IMG/VR virus record: IMGVR_UViG_3300017746_000001
Coordinates: 32,001-96,000 of that record
Length of the DNA: 64,000 nt
From: a virus
Strand: one strand, 5' to 3'
Part shown: positions 1-10,256 of the stretch, piece after piece
Layout of the letters: the number at the start of each line of letters is the position of its first letter
Numbering within the stretch: position 1 is the first letter of the stretch
Notes under the pieces: model-generated
Told to the model about the DNA's origin: nothing
The model's database searches: none
What the model saw: only the letters and a program-made list of their open reading frames with translations
Position numbers and translations under genes: made by a program

Positions 1-3000
1 GATTCTCAATTTCTATTGCTTGACCAGACATTGATTGTGTTAGGGGATTGGCCTTGGGTTGTTTGTAGTCTGATTCCCAAGGGAACGGAACTGGTTCTCC
101 CGCTAACCGCCTTGTATATTCTCTTTTTCCACCTTCGGAACCAAAGAATTCTCGCTCTCGGGTTTCATGGATATACTTGTGGCTGATTGATTGAGGGTTG
201 TCGCAAGTACAATATCCAGCAGGAGGAGGGATTTTGGCTCCTTTGGTTCTAGGTTCTCCATCCCATGTGGATTCGTAAAATAGGCCGCCGCAAGTACAGC
301 GTTCTATGCGTTTCCCGTTTTCATCTAAGAATACGGGGTTGTCTTGTACTGTTTGTTTCTCTAATTTTGCGTGGAGTTTTTTGATTCGAGGATGCCAAGG
401 GATTCTTTCTCCTTTCTCGGCTCTTGCTTTCTTTCTTGCTTGTTTCCGTAATACTTCTTTTCCAGATTCGGATTTCAACAGGGCTTGGATTACTTTTCTG
501 GGCAAGCATAATCGAGGTTTGCCCGATTTTGTTTGTGTGCCTTCTGCTCCGCATTTTTCTGAATAATCAATTTCACCTTTGTTGTTTACCTTTACAGATC
601 TCCAGTCTTGACTTATCCAACTGAATGACTGATACCCTGGTGCCATAGGATTTGATTTGATTCCACTTCTCTCTTGCCACTCATACGACACATCATCCTC
701 GTCTATTGGGCCTCCTGCAGCCCATGTGAAGCAGGTTCTTGCTGAATGGCACTTGAAGTGGTGCATCCAACAGTAGCCCAAGTAGCCGTCCTCATCCTCT
801 ATGTCCTGGGAGACTGGCCCAGGCATACAGTCCAACATTCTTGGAGAAATGTCGAAAGCAACGCAGTTCGAACACTTTGACTTCTTGGCTGTAGCTACAT
901 CTGTGTTCCAATGCTCTGCAGCATCTTCGTAGTATTTCTCGTCTGATAGGTTGAGTGGCCCGTATCTGATGTAGTCGGTCTTGATTGCACTATTCCTGTT
1001 CTTCGTGTTCAGTTCTAGATCTTGCGTAGCAGGAGGACAATCCATCGGAGGATTTGTCTTTGTCGGCCATTCAGATTTCGGCCTTCCAGAGCCGTAATCT
1101 TCGTCCCAACGGCCACCCCATGGGTCAAACTCTTCTTCGATGTATGCAACCTTAATCATTTCAGGAGAAATTGTGTCTGGACCCTTTGTTTCATCGTAGC
1201 CTTTGGTCCTGACAACATAGGATTCAGGAGGGTCTTTCATGTAAAAGGGCGTATCAGGGAGTGCGAAGATGTCTAATTCGCTTGCGTCAATTTCAAGCAC
1301 TACTGGCTTTTCATTATCTCCATCTTCAAAGTGATACAGCATCCTCGCTGCGCCTCTTGCATAGTCAAGAGCCCCACTTTTTGTTTTGGTCACAAATAAG
1401 CCGTGGGCTTTAGCAGAGCCGTCCTTTTTCCCCTCTTTCATGTATTTCTTTGCAAATCGCATTGATGTGCCGTGATAAAATGGGCCACTAGGTCTTTCTG
1501 AACCTTCAAGTTTGACGAAATTCGGAGGATTCCTATCTGCGGGGATTGACCCAGATAGACTTGTCTTTACTTTTAGTTCTCCAGTTAATGAGAACATAGC
1601 AAGATAGTGGTCGAAACTTTTCTTGAGAGATGGTTTATTCCATAAAATCCATTTCGATAAAGCACCTGCAGTAGTGAAATCTTCCCAATCTTCTCTTTTA
1701 GAATGGCGACTGTCGTATTGTTTCTTTCGCTCTGGATCATTATGTATTGTATAGTCCGAATAGGTCTTAGCACCAAAGTGAGTTGTCTTCTTTCTCCCGT
1801 CAGAGAATGAGAATACTGCTCGTAGCTTCTTATCCTTCTTCGGAGAACCGTCAATCACCACATGGACTCGGTTTAGTTCGTCTAGCTTATTCTTTAGCCA
1901 CCTGTATGTCTTGGGGGCTTTCTGTTTGAGTTTTGCTCGACCTTCACCTATTCCTGGAATGTAATATATGCTTTGATATTGCTTACTTGCTTCCTTGATT
2001 TTGTTTAGATCGTTTGACATCTTGCGTATGTTGCTTTCGTGTTCTTTGTCTGAATAGTAGGAGTCTGCTGTCGTCTTGGGCTTCTTTTTTGTTCTAAGCC
2101 CGATTGCATTCGGCTCATCTCGTATTTTCGCTTGACCCCCTTTTCCTTCTCTAAGGTCGTTGTCGCCAAATACGAAAAGAGTATTCTTGTTTTTCCTAAC
2201 ATACTCTGGTGTGATTTTCTTAGGAGGATTCATCTTGTATTCATCAACTTTTAATCCATAAGAACCATCAAGTCCTCTTTCAGTCAAGCGCATTGCGAGG
2301 AACTTACCTGCGTATGTTTCCCATACGAAGGGCGGTGCGTTGAGTGCAGAGGTAGCCATTCCCTCTGCGACATATGCTGGATATTCCAATTGTTCAAACG
2401 CTTGACGGTCCCCTTTAGCATATCGGTCTATTTGTTGAGGGCTGTATTCGAGTATTGTGGCTTCGTGCATAGCCTCATGTGCAATCGTTGAGACTGGTAT
2501 GTGATAGCCCCACCATTCGAGGAACCTTTTTTTATCTTCTTCTTGCATGTCAAATTGCTTTGCTAATCTGCGCCCAAGATGCATGATTGATACAAGGTCG
2601 ATGTTGCTTTCAAAGCCCTTTACGGGGATGATTTTCACATTATACACTTTACCGTCTTTGTAATTGACTCTTATAGCGACATGCCCGCCTCCTATTTCTT
2701 GAACACCGTCCTTCAATGAGATAACGCCCGTAGGGTTTGATTTTGTGGTTGGAACATACCTCATGTGATAATTAATGAATCCATTGTAGGATTTTTGCGC
2801 CCATCCGTCTTTTGCTACTGTTCTTTTTGCTACTGGCGCTCTGGTCACTTCTTCACCGCATGATTCACAAGTGTAGGTTTTCTTGTCTAATTTTTCTCTT
2901 TTTCCTGTACCGGATTGAATCCATGATGGATCTATTGAATCCCATTTTGCCACTAACTGTGCTTTTGGTTTCTTACACCCTTCATGTGTAGCGTACCAAT

Positions 3001-4351
3001 ACCATTCACCAGGTACAGACATTGTAGGAGGGTTTGTTATAGCCATGTTTGAGATTACCCTAGAGTGAATCTTAGATGCAGTCTGCTTTAGTTTGCCGTA
3101 TTTGTTTCTGATAATATAATCGAAGTTGTGTTTTTTGTAGTTTTTCTCCATCAAATTTCCTGATTTGATTCTTTGTTCAACAATCTTCTCTGGTTCTTTT
3201 CTTGACCTTATGATTTTTCTCCATTCATCTATCGGTCTATCGAGGGGAAGATATATCGAGAAGATTGGTGCTATTTCTGCTTTTCTCATTCTTTCTAGTG
3301 CCTTGAATGACTGATCTATAATCACGATAGGCGTTGCTGTCAAGTCAGATATTCTTCTCGCATATTTCTTCCCCCCGTAGTTCTCGAAGACGAGGTCTGT
3401 TCCGTTAGGAGCAGTAAATTCCCCCGATTCCCTCATCTTCTCGAACTTTGCATCAGTCACGGTCTTTATGTCAATGCCCTGCTTCTCATTGACCCTCTTT
3501 CCCCTTGTGGTGTATGTTCGGGCGAGGGAGGCCTTTTTTCCAAATAACTTCTTGAGTTCCTTCTGAACGCTGCTTTTCCCCATGCCAGAAGGCCCAGAGA
3601 TGGAAATAATCAACTGAGGCGGGAGTAGGTCTGCTAAAGGTGTGGGTGATACCTTTCGTGGTTGGACGGTGACAGGTGGGTTCCAAACTACCTCTCCTTT
3701 GGGGCTTAGAATCTCCAAGTGTGGAATCTTCTTCCCAAGTAGGGCCATTGCGTAGTTCCGGTGATTGCCTTCTCTGCCGATGCTTGGGTACATCAATCCG
3801 TTTTTCTCGATTGAATTCAACAATTCTGGTGACACCCATTTTCGTGCTTGCTTTCCAATTCTGACTTGATTCTGGTCTTTTTTGGATATTCCGAATGCTT
3901 CTTGTAATGCCAAGAATTTCTCATCAGTCATTTTGGCGACTTTGTAAGCCATTCTTAGGTCATCTGCCGATACAAGTTCTTGTATTCCAATGTGCCTCAA
4001 TTCATTAGGATTTATCAAGACTGCACGATATAGGGCGTCTTCTGCCTTTCCAGGTAATCCATAACCGCCATCTTCGATGCTTCTAAAGTGATGAATTGCG
4101 TCCTCTTTCAGTGATGTTCCGACTGGCCCATATTCCTTTTCCATTGCGATAATCATGCGCCCTGTTTCATCTCCAGGCAGTTCATCAAATTTGTAGATTC
4201 GTCCTGGTTCGAAGTCGAAGTGGGTTGTGTATGGTATTTCTTGTGGGTTGAAGGAAATCGTAGGAGATATTAGATCCGCATACAGCAGGTGCGGGTGCTT
4301 TATTGCAGCATTACCTGGAAAGAACGGTGAGCCTTCTCTCGGGTCTTTCAA
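1..4351 (-). CDS. Giant multi-domain (polyvalent-like) protein, 3'-truncated at the window edge; modules separated by NP/NPP motifs
   Basis: Manual translation: TTG at 4351 (4-nt overlap with the upstream TGA, GAGGGG upstream), open with no stop to position 1 (~1450 codons). Modules: ParB-like (EGNHR), guanylate-kinase-like (GPSGMGKS, YTTR), HEAMH zincin, FVFGDN..GKGGQA, DUF5754-like, ART-like (FYHGTS), Cys-rich domains. Confidence 0.85.
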   Translation of the reverse strand, partial: MKDPREGSPFFPGNAAIKHPHLLYADLISPTISFNPQEIPYTTHFDFEPGRIYKFDELPGDETGRMIIAMEKEYGPVGTSLKEDAIHHFRSIEDGGYGLPGKAEDALYRAVLINPNELRHIGIQELVSADDLRMAYKVAKMTDEKFLALQEAFGISKKDQNQVRIGKQARKWVSPELLNSIEKNGLMYPSIGREGNHRNYAMALLGKKIPHLEILSPKGEVVWNPPVTVQPRKVSPTPLADLLPPQLIISISGPSGMGKSSVQKELKKLFGKKASLARTYTTRGKRVNEKQGIDIKTVTDAKFEKMRESGEFTAPNGTDLVFENYGGKKYARRISDLTATPIVIIDQSFKALERMRKAEIAPIFSIYLPLDRPIDEWRKIIRSRKEPEKIVEQRIKSGNLMEKNYKKHNFDYIIRNKYGKLKQTASKIHSRVISNMAITNPPTMSVPGEWYWYATHEGCKKPKAQLVAKWDSIDPSWIQSGTGKREKLDKKTYTCESCGEEVTRAPVAKRTVAKDGWAQKSYNGFINYHMRYVPTTKSNPTGVISLKDGVQEIGGGHVAIRVNYKDGKVYNVKIIPVKGFESNIDLVSIMHLGRRLAKQFDMQEEDKKRFLEWWGYHIPVSTIAHEAMHEATILEYSPQQIDRYAKGDRQAFEQLEYPAYVAEGMATSALNAPPFVWETYAGKFLAMRLTERGLDGSYGLKVDEYKMNPPKKITPEYVRKNKNTLFVFGDNDLREGKGGQAKIRDEPNAIGLRTKKKPKTTADSYYSDKEHESNIRKMSNDLNKIKEASKQYQSIYYIPGIGEGRAKLKQKAPKTYRWLKNKLDELNRVHVVIDGSPKKDKKLRAVFSFSDGRKKTTHFGAKTYSDYTIHNDPERKKQYDSRHSKREDWEDFTTAGALSKWILWNKPSLKKSFDHYLAMFSLTGELKVKTSLSGSIPADRNPPNFVKLEGSERPSGPFYHGTSMRFAKKYMKEGKKDGSAKAHGLFVTKTKSGALDYARGAARMLYHFEDGDNEKPVVLEIDASELDIFALPDTPFYMKDPPESYVVRTKGYDETKGPDTISPEMIKVAYIEEEFDPWGGRWDEDYGSGRPKSEWPTKTNPPMDCPPATQDLELNTKNRNSAIKTDYIRYGPLNLSDEKYYEDAAEHWNTDVATAKKSKCSNCVAFDISPRMLDCMPGPVSQDIEDEDGYLGYCWMHHFKCHSARTCFTWAAGGPIDEDDVSYEWQERSGIKSNPMAPGYQSFSWISQDWRSVKVNNKGEIDYSEKCGAEGTQTKSGKPRLCLPRKVIQALLKSESGKEVLRKQARKKARAEKGERIPWHPRIKKLHAKLEKQTVQDNPVFLDENGKRIERCTCGGLFYESTWDGEPRTKGAKIPPPAGYCTCDNPQSISHKYIHETREREFFGSEGGKREYTRRLAGEPVPFPWESDYKQPKANPLTQSMSGQAIEIEN

Positions 4352-7305
4352 TCCAAAGACCCCCTCTGAGCTAGTAATGCCTCCTTCTCATCCTCCTCTT
4401 CGACAAATGCCCTGAATTTTGGCCTTGCTGCTCTCTCTATGTCCTTTGAGTCAGGTAATTTAGTTCGAGGGTGCGCTTTGAGATACCAAGGAACAGGTTG
4501 TAGCGAATCTAATCTAATCTCATTCACCGTTCTTCTCAGCCCGTATTTCTTTGGAATTCTTATCGTCTGAACCGCCCAGTTCTCAACAGTATCTCTTAGT
4601 TTCCCTGCTATTACTAATCCACCTTCATACCCGTCGTATCTTTCGTTCCATCCGATTATGTTCTTTACGAAATCCCTGTCCTTTTTCTTATCTAGGTTGA
4701 ATGTTCGGAGAATGGCCTTTCCAGACTTGTCTCCTGTGTGTTTGAACTTCCAAGGCGGAATCTGTCTGTGACTGGAGAAATTCGCTGTAGGAGGATTCAG
4801 GCTTGCTGCTATCAAAGCCTCAACGCTTGGTTCGAACTCATTAGGAATGAAGGGCTCAGGGCCGTTTATCTTGAACTGGTCAAGAGAAATGTCTGATAGG
4901 AACACTTTGCCTTTGTCTGTTTCGTATTCGGACTTAGCAGTAAGTGTTTCACCTTCGTCTACATTGAAGTCAAGCCCTTCAATGACGGATCTTATTCCAA
5001 CCACTCTAGGGTTGACTAAGTCAGGTAGTTGCTTTACATCAACGATTGAAATTCTTGAAAGCCCTCTTATTTTTTCTGGAACACCCCTAGGAGGAGCAGT
5101 TTGGCCTACAGGCATAACTGGAGATACTTGCATTTCTCTCATCCGGCCTGTTTCTGGGTCTTTGTACTTCATAGGAGGCGTTTCATCCCTCATCCTATCC
5201 TCTGCTGCTGACTTTGCTCTGTCCAAATTATCAACTAATTGAGTTGTTCGTGAATATATTGGTTGCATTTTCAGATTCATATTCTCGAATTCCACTTCAA
5301 GGATCAAATCTGACTCTAATGGATCCACAAATACCATGTTGCCGTCTTGATGTGTTGCGTATTCTGATAAATGAGATAGTAGGGCTCTCCTGTCTTGAAC
5401 ACTTATTCCTCTGAATGCCCCTACTTTACCTATTGAATTGAATAATGTTTTTTTCTTCTTTTTTGTTCTTATTTTTTCACCCGTATTTGCATCGATTACA
5501 GGCTTTTGTATTTCTCCTTCGCTTACTACTCCTAGGAGGACTGTTCCGATTTCTCCATTCTCGAACCTCTTTCCTTTAGCTTCGAACCCTAGAACTGTTG
5601 CTGTGGCTTTCATTCTTTTCTTGTAGTAAGATGTTTTACCTGCAACAATTACCCCTAGTTCGATTGCATTTCCATTGATTACTTCATCTTCGAATACAGA
5701 TAGTGCCTCTCCCGAACTGTGCTTTACAGGCATTATGTTCTCTCCGATTAAATGTGCAAGTTCCTCTAGGTCTTTCTTGGCATCTTTGCTGTTTATTCTT
5801 CCTTCGATGTGTAAAGTCACATTCTCCCAGTCCGAAGATTCGAAAGACAGGAGTTTTGCAGGTAGGTTGGGGTCAATTGTCGGCTTGGATGCTAAAGTTC
5901 CAAAGATTACTTCTTCTTTGCCCTCATCCATCATAGCGTCTATTTGCGCTAGTTGTATTATGCCTGCTCGAACTGAACCGTCTTTGAAACCCGCCATAGT
6001 TGAGCTTCCAGAGTTTGCATTTACTACTACGCTTCTTCCATAAGGAACCGCGAATGTTATTTCTGGGTCGTCAGGCAATATTTCTATTTCCTCTGTTTTC
6101 TCTCTCCTATGTTTTCTCTCGGCCTCGCCCAGTTTGTCATTGTTTACTTCCATTATTCGTTCTTCTTTGGGGATTTTTGATTCTTTAATCAATCCTGCCC
6201 CTCGTAAGAATGAGAACACTATCGGAGCATGCACACCTATATTGTAGGCCGCCACTAAAGGATGCCCGTCATATGCGGGATCGTATTCATCATTATGTAT
6301 TGGCACTATAGCATAGCCCATTCCAGTCAGATTGTGTGAGAAAAATCCCTTCTTGTTGCTTGAGGTCTTACTAGGAGGCCTAGGTATGTCTAAAGATAGT
6401 GGACTTAATGAACTAGATGTTGGATAACTTGCTTCAACTTTATCGGTTTTACCAGAACCCTCTAGCACCTTTGTACCGATGCTCTCGAATCCTACATCTG
6501 CCGCTACTGCTTCTGGGCTTTCATTTAGTATGAAAAGAAGCATTTTCCTCAATCCAGCACCGCAGAGCATAGTTTGAACGCCCTTTTCGTTAAGCCTTAA
6601 CTCGAAGTCTTGGGCGATTGCGACTTCTGGCCTTCTTATGTTCCTACTTGCAGTCAATTCTATTACAGTAATCCCCTCTATATTGAACCCCGTAGTTTCT
6701 GAGGACAATGCAGACTTCAACCTACCCTTCGTTACATTGAATCCTGCCCTGTCTTTCTCTTCCAAGATTCTTTCGAGATATGATAGAACTCTCTTTCTAT
6801 ATGTGTTGTGTAATTCATTCAACCTTTCGATTCTCATTAGTGTCTTCTCATCACCTAAGCCTTCGTTGACAACAGTTAGTAGGCTTACAGGGTATTTCTG
6901 AAGCTCTGAAAGGTTCGGACCCTCCCTAGATCTGCGGCTCTCAAGCCTATGCATGACTCTAGCATTCCCTTCGAATAACTCTGCTACCACTTGAATTGGC
7001 ACACCAGGGTAGTCCTCTTCCAATATGATAACTGGCCTCCCATGACCAAACTTCTTTTTCTTAATCCCCCATGAAATAGATGCTGTAGGCTCTGCGAGTT
7101 GTGCGCCTGGGGCTAATGTATTCGCAGTTCGAGGGAGAAAGAAATCTTTAGGAGATTTGGTTAGGAAAGCCCCGTTCCTTCCGGTTGAAGTTATTATGCT
7201 AGCCTTTGCTCTCTGGGCAAACTTGTCCTCGCTGAGTTGAGAGAACCTAAAATATGGGCTGTTCTTGAGAATGTAAGTAGCCGTTTCAGGTAAGCTTGTC
7301 TGCAT
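4348..7305 (-). CDS. Large protein with divergent ATP-dependent DNA ligase-like (OB-fold) region
   Basis: 985 aa; ATVLGF..IGTVLLGV..IGKVG..VFVDP..ILEVEF..NPRVVGIR resembles the ligase C-terminal OB domain; no canonical KxDG motif. Confidence 0.55.
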   Translation of the reverse strand: MQTSLPETATYILKNSPYFRFSQLSEDKFAQRAKASIITSTGRNGAFLTKSPKDFFLPRTANTLAPGAQLAEPTASISWGIKKKKFGHGRPVIILEEDYPGVPIQVVAELFEGNARVMHRLESRRSREGPNLSELQKYPVSLLTVVNEGLGDEKTLMRIERLNELHNTYRKRVLSYLERILEEKDRAGFNVTKGRLKSALSSETTGFNIEGITVIELTASRNIRRPEVAIAQDFELRLNEKGVQTMLCGAGLRKMLLFILNESPEAVAADVGFESIGTKVLEGSGKTDKVEASYPTSSSLSPLSLDIPRPPSKTSSNKKGFFSHNLTGMGYAIVPIHNDEYDPAYDGHPLVAAYNIGVHAPIVFSFLRGAGLIKESKIPKEERIMEVNNDKLGEAERKHRREKTEEIEILPDDPEITFAVPYGRSVVVNANSGSSTMAGFKDGSVRAGIIQLAQIDAMMDEGKEEVIFGTLASKPTIDPNLPAKLLSFESSDWENVTLHIEGRINSKDAKKDLEELAHLIGENIMPVKHSSGEALSVFEDEVINGNAIELGVIVAGKTSYYKKRMKATATVLGFEAKGKRFENGEIGTVLLGVVSEGEIQKPVIDANTGEKIRTKKKKKTLFNSIGKVGAFRGISVQDRRALLSHLSEYATHQDGNMVFVDPLESDLILEVEFENMNLKMQPIYSRTTQLVDNLDRAKSAAEDRMRDETPPMKYKDPETGRMREMQVSPVMPVGQTAPPRGVPEKIRGLSRISIVDVKQLPDLVNPRVVGIRSVIEGLDFNVDEGETLTAKSEYETDKGKVFLSDISLDQFKINGPEPFIPNEFEPSVEALIAASLNPPTANFSSHRQIPPWKFKHTGDKSGKAILRTFNLDKKKDRDFVKNIIGWNERYDGYEGGLVIAGKLRDTVENWAVQTIRIPKKYGLRRTVNEIRLDSLQPVPWYLKAHPRTKLPDSKDIERAARPKFRAFVEEEDEKEALLAQRGSLD

Positions 7306-10040
7306 CAGATGAAGCCTCCTACTTGCGTTATTGGCGAAACTTCACCCGTGTATACTGCAGGTTCTAGAGACATTGAGTCACTTTGCTTGCCATATGCTAT
7401 CAAAACAGCCATCAGGAATCCCTCTCCCCTTTCTTCCTCTACTGCAGAGATGAATGCGTCTACCATTTCAGCATATCTTCCAGGCTTGTAGTATGAAAGT
7501 GCCTTTGCCGTATGATAGGCTGCCGCTACTTCGGTAAATGCTTCTGTCGATAGGGGGTTGCTACCATAAGCCCATGAAAGGAAATCAGAAATCTCTTCCT
7601 TGTTTCTCTTACGATCTATCGCGGCAAAGTCGCTAGGTAGAGAAGGCATCCATGTAGGTACTGAAATTTTGAGTTTAGCCTTTGACTTTGCTAAGAACCT
7701 CAATACTGCTGCGAACGCATAAGGTTCAGGGGGGTCGCCTTCTGCATCAGTCAGTAAGGCTTTCCAGAACTCGGGCAGGTTTGCATCTTTCGCGTTCGTA
7801 CCTCTTGAACGCATTCTAATTGGATAAAACGCCAATCTGTAATATGACAATACTATCAATGCTAGATTGTTCATCAATGTGGTTTCTTTCAATTTAACAT
7901 CAAATTCAGTTGTTGGTGCTTGGAAGAATGTAGGCACCCCCGAATCATCGACTGCGGAAATCGAGATAAGTCCTAGTTCGGCAAGCGACCACACGCACAT
8001 TAGCTTCGCTGGATTTTTACTGTATTGCTCGAATACTAGCGATTGGCCTAACGCGGTGATACCTTCGTTTCTTTCAGATGACCTTACTGCTGCTTCAAAA
8101 ATTGTCACGAGTTGTTCGTGGTGCAACATCGCATGATATGTTGCAGGCCCAGGGGTGTCGTATGTCCCTATTAGTGAGGCTACTGCTATATCGAAAGGAG
8201 ATTTTGTCCTTTCTCTTTCTCCGATTGCGATAGAGTTTTTCTTTATTATGTAAAGCAAGATATTCCCTAGTGCTTGAAATGCCCTTGATAATCCATAATC
8301 CTCTTCACCAAGTTCGTCAGAAGATATTACTTGGTCTAGCATAAATATTCTCGAAACATACAACTCGTCGTAAACATTATCCAGAACAGGTTCGAATAAT
8401 GCATATTCACCTTGAGTGTATCTTCCCGCGCCCATTGAAGGATCATCTTTGGTTTCGCCCTCTAAAGGATTGTAAATGTGTTTCCATACAACTTCCCATT
8501 GTTTCAGACCCATATTCTTAGTTGCTACATTACCAAATTTTCTGCGGAAATTTTTATCTAATCGTTTCTCTATTTCTGATTCTGTTATCTTGGCTTTGTC
8601 GAGAACAAATCTTTGGTCATTGAAATATTCATTGTCAACATCACTTACCACTATTATTTTGTCATCAGTTATGTTTACGATTTTGACTGTTGTATATGCA
8701 GCAGTTTCAATATAATAATCTATATCTCTCATCTCGCTTATCAATTCATCTAATGCTTCGTTGTCGTTTTCATCCTCGTACTTCTGCTTAATGAGTAGCA
8801 GATTTGCTTCTCTATCATCCCAATCAAAATTTACATCAATTGACAAGAAATCTTGCATAATCTCTCTACCGTTGTCAGCCGTATATGCTAGAAGCATCCA
8901 GTTAGGTATATTGATTGTATCGTTAACAGTCACTCTATCTGTTGTGTATTCCTCTGTGGTTTTGTTGATATTACTAAAGATTTTGAAGTCCCCTCCAGAT
9001 TCAGCACCTCCAAGTATCATTTCCTCAATATATACGAAAACATCTTCTAATATTTCAGAATCAACGCAGTAGTATGCACCATATTTTTTTTCTCTTGGTA
9101 GTGTTTTGATTAGATTTGCTACACCCTTTTTGAATTTGGTTTTGCTGAAGCTTGGTAGCATCGAGTATATGTTCTGCAGAATTCCTATCTCAGTTGTCCC
9201 TGCACCGCCTGATGTTTCTCTATCCACAACGGCAGGCTTTGTTTTATCCGCTTCAATGGGTTCGTTGAATCTGATTGTTGTTTGAAGAGGAAGGATGTCA
9301 TATATTCTATCAATTCCTGTCTCATCCTCTGGTGCAAGATTGATTGCATCGGTAATAAGAGTTTCAATGTCTTCAGATAATTCAGATATTCTCTGGATTT
9401 CTTCTTGTTTCAAATTGAATGCTTCGTCGGCCTGTTTTGATAGCATTGCTGCTATATATCTTGACGCATAATAGTGTACTAACGGAGTTGAGGCGACTTT
9501 TTTCCCCCCATCTTCTCCTCTTTTGTTCTTTGAGTTTGGAATTGCTTTTTGGTATTCTTTTATTTTCTGGTCTAGACGCTTGATCTGTGGTTGCGTAAGA
9601 CCTGTTTTGTTCATTGTTGGTTTTTCTGGTCGAGAAATTGGTAGTGCAACCTTTAGGTTATTATCATTTAAATTTCTTATGTCCATCCCTCCGTTTGGCC
9701 TAGGAAGAATAGGCGACCAATCGGCAAAGTCTGTGTTTTGGTAGTTTGCATTTTTTCCTGAAAGGACTTCCTTTACAGTCCCATTAGTTTTTAGATTGTT
9801 TTCGTCTATGAATTTTCCGAAGGTATCTGCTTCAAGAAAATGAAGAGATACCAATGCAGACGGACCATCGAGGACTATGCCTTTGGCGTTTTTTCCTGCA
9901 GCGCCTTTTAGGTCTGGTATTTCCGAATCTGTGTCCATCAAGTCATTGTATTCTTTGAATGTTTGCCCATCTGCTCTTAATGTCCCAAACCCGACTTTGT
10001 GTTCGAGTGCTTTTTCGAGAGTATCAATGGATTCCGGCAC
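7305..10040 (-). CDS. Hypothetical large acidic protein
   Basis: 911 aa ORF coupled to its neighbours; no recognisable motif. Confidence 0.8.
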   Translation of the reverse strand: MPESIDTLEKALEHKVGFGTLRADGQTFKEYNDLMDTDSEIPDLKGAAGKNAKGIVLDGPSALVSLHFLEADTFGKFIDENNLKTNGTVKEVLSGKNANYQNTDFADWSPILPRPNGGMDIRNLNDNNLKVALPISRPEKPTMNKTGLTQPQIKRLDQKIKEYQKAIPNSKNKRGEDGGKKVASTPLVHYYASRYIAAMLSKQADEAFNLKQEEIQRISELSEDIETLITDAINLAPEDETGIDRIYDILPLQTTIRFNEPIEADKTKPAVVDRETSGGAGTTEIGILQNIYSMLPSFSKTKFKKGVANLIKTLPREKKYGAYYCVDSEILEDVFVYIEEMILGGAESGGDFKIFSNINKTTEEYTTDRVTVNDTINIPNWMLLAYTADNGREIMQDFLSIDVNFDWDDREANLLLIKQKYEDENDNEALDELISEMRDIDYYIETAAYTTVKIVNITDDKIIVVSDVDNEYFNDQRFVLDKAKITESEIEKRLDKNFRRKFGNVATKNMGLKQWEVVWKHIYNPLEGETKDDPSMGAGRYTQGEYALFEPVLDNVYDELYVSRIFMLDQVISSDELGEEDYGLSRAFQALGNILLYIIKKNSIAIGERERTKSPFDIAVASLIGTYDTPGPATYHAMLHHEQLVTIFEAAVRSSERNEGITALGQSLVFEQYSKNPAKLMCVWSLAELGLISISAVDDSGVPTFFQAPTTEFDVKLKETTLMNNLALIVLSYYRLAFYPIRMRSRGTNAKDANLPEFWKALLTDAEGDPPEPYAFAAVLRFLAKSKAKLKISVPTWMPSLPSDFAAIDRKRNKEEISDFLSWAYGSNPLSTEAFTEVAAAYHTAKALSYYKPGRYAEMVDAFISAVEEERGEGFLMAVLIAYGKQSDSMSLEPAVYTGEVSPITQVGGFI

Positions 10041-10051
10041 ACCAAATCCCC

Positions 10052-10255
10052 TCAGACATCTTCATCTCTTGCTGCAGAAATCGCTCCCGATATAGTTTGA
10101 ATGATTAGCAGGTTAGCTACACCCAACGCTAATGCATAGAATCCAAATCGGACTGGATTTGAAAATATTCCAATAGGGCCGTAAAGTGCCTGATCTAATT
10201 CTCTAGAGAAGGTGTTTTGTATTGCGTTCACTTCTTTGTTCAAATCAAAACTCAT
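10052..10255 (-). CDS. Small membrane protein
   Basis: Likely start MSFDLN just after the upstream stop; hydrophobic segment FGFYALALGVANLLII. Confidence 0.65.
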   Translation of the reverse strand: MSFDLNKEVNAIQNTFSRELDQALYGPIGIFSNPVRFGFYALALGVANLLIIQTISGAISAARDEDV

Positions 10256-10256
10256 C

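Noticed and set aside
306-4415. Short ORFs listed in the track in 1-4.4 kb
   Set aside because: Shadow or alternate-frame ORFs of the giant minus-strand ORF starting at 4351
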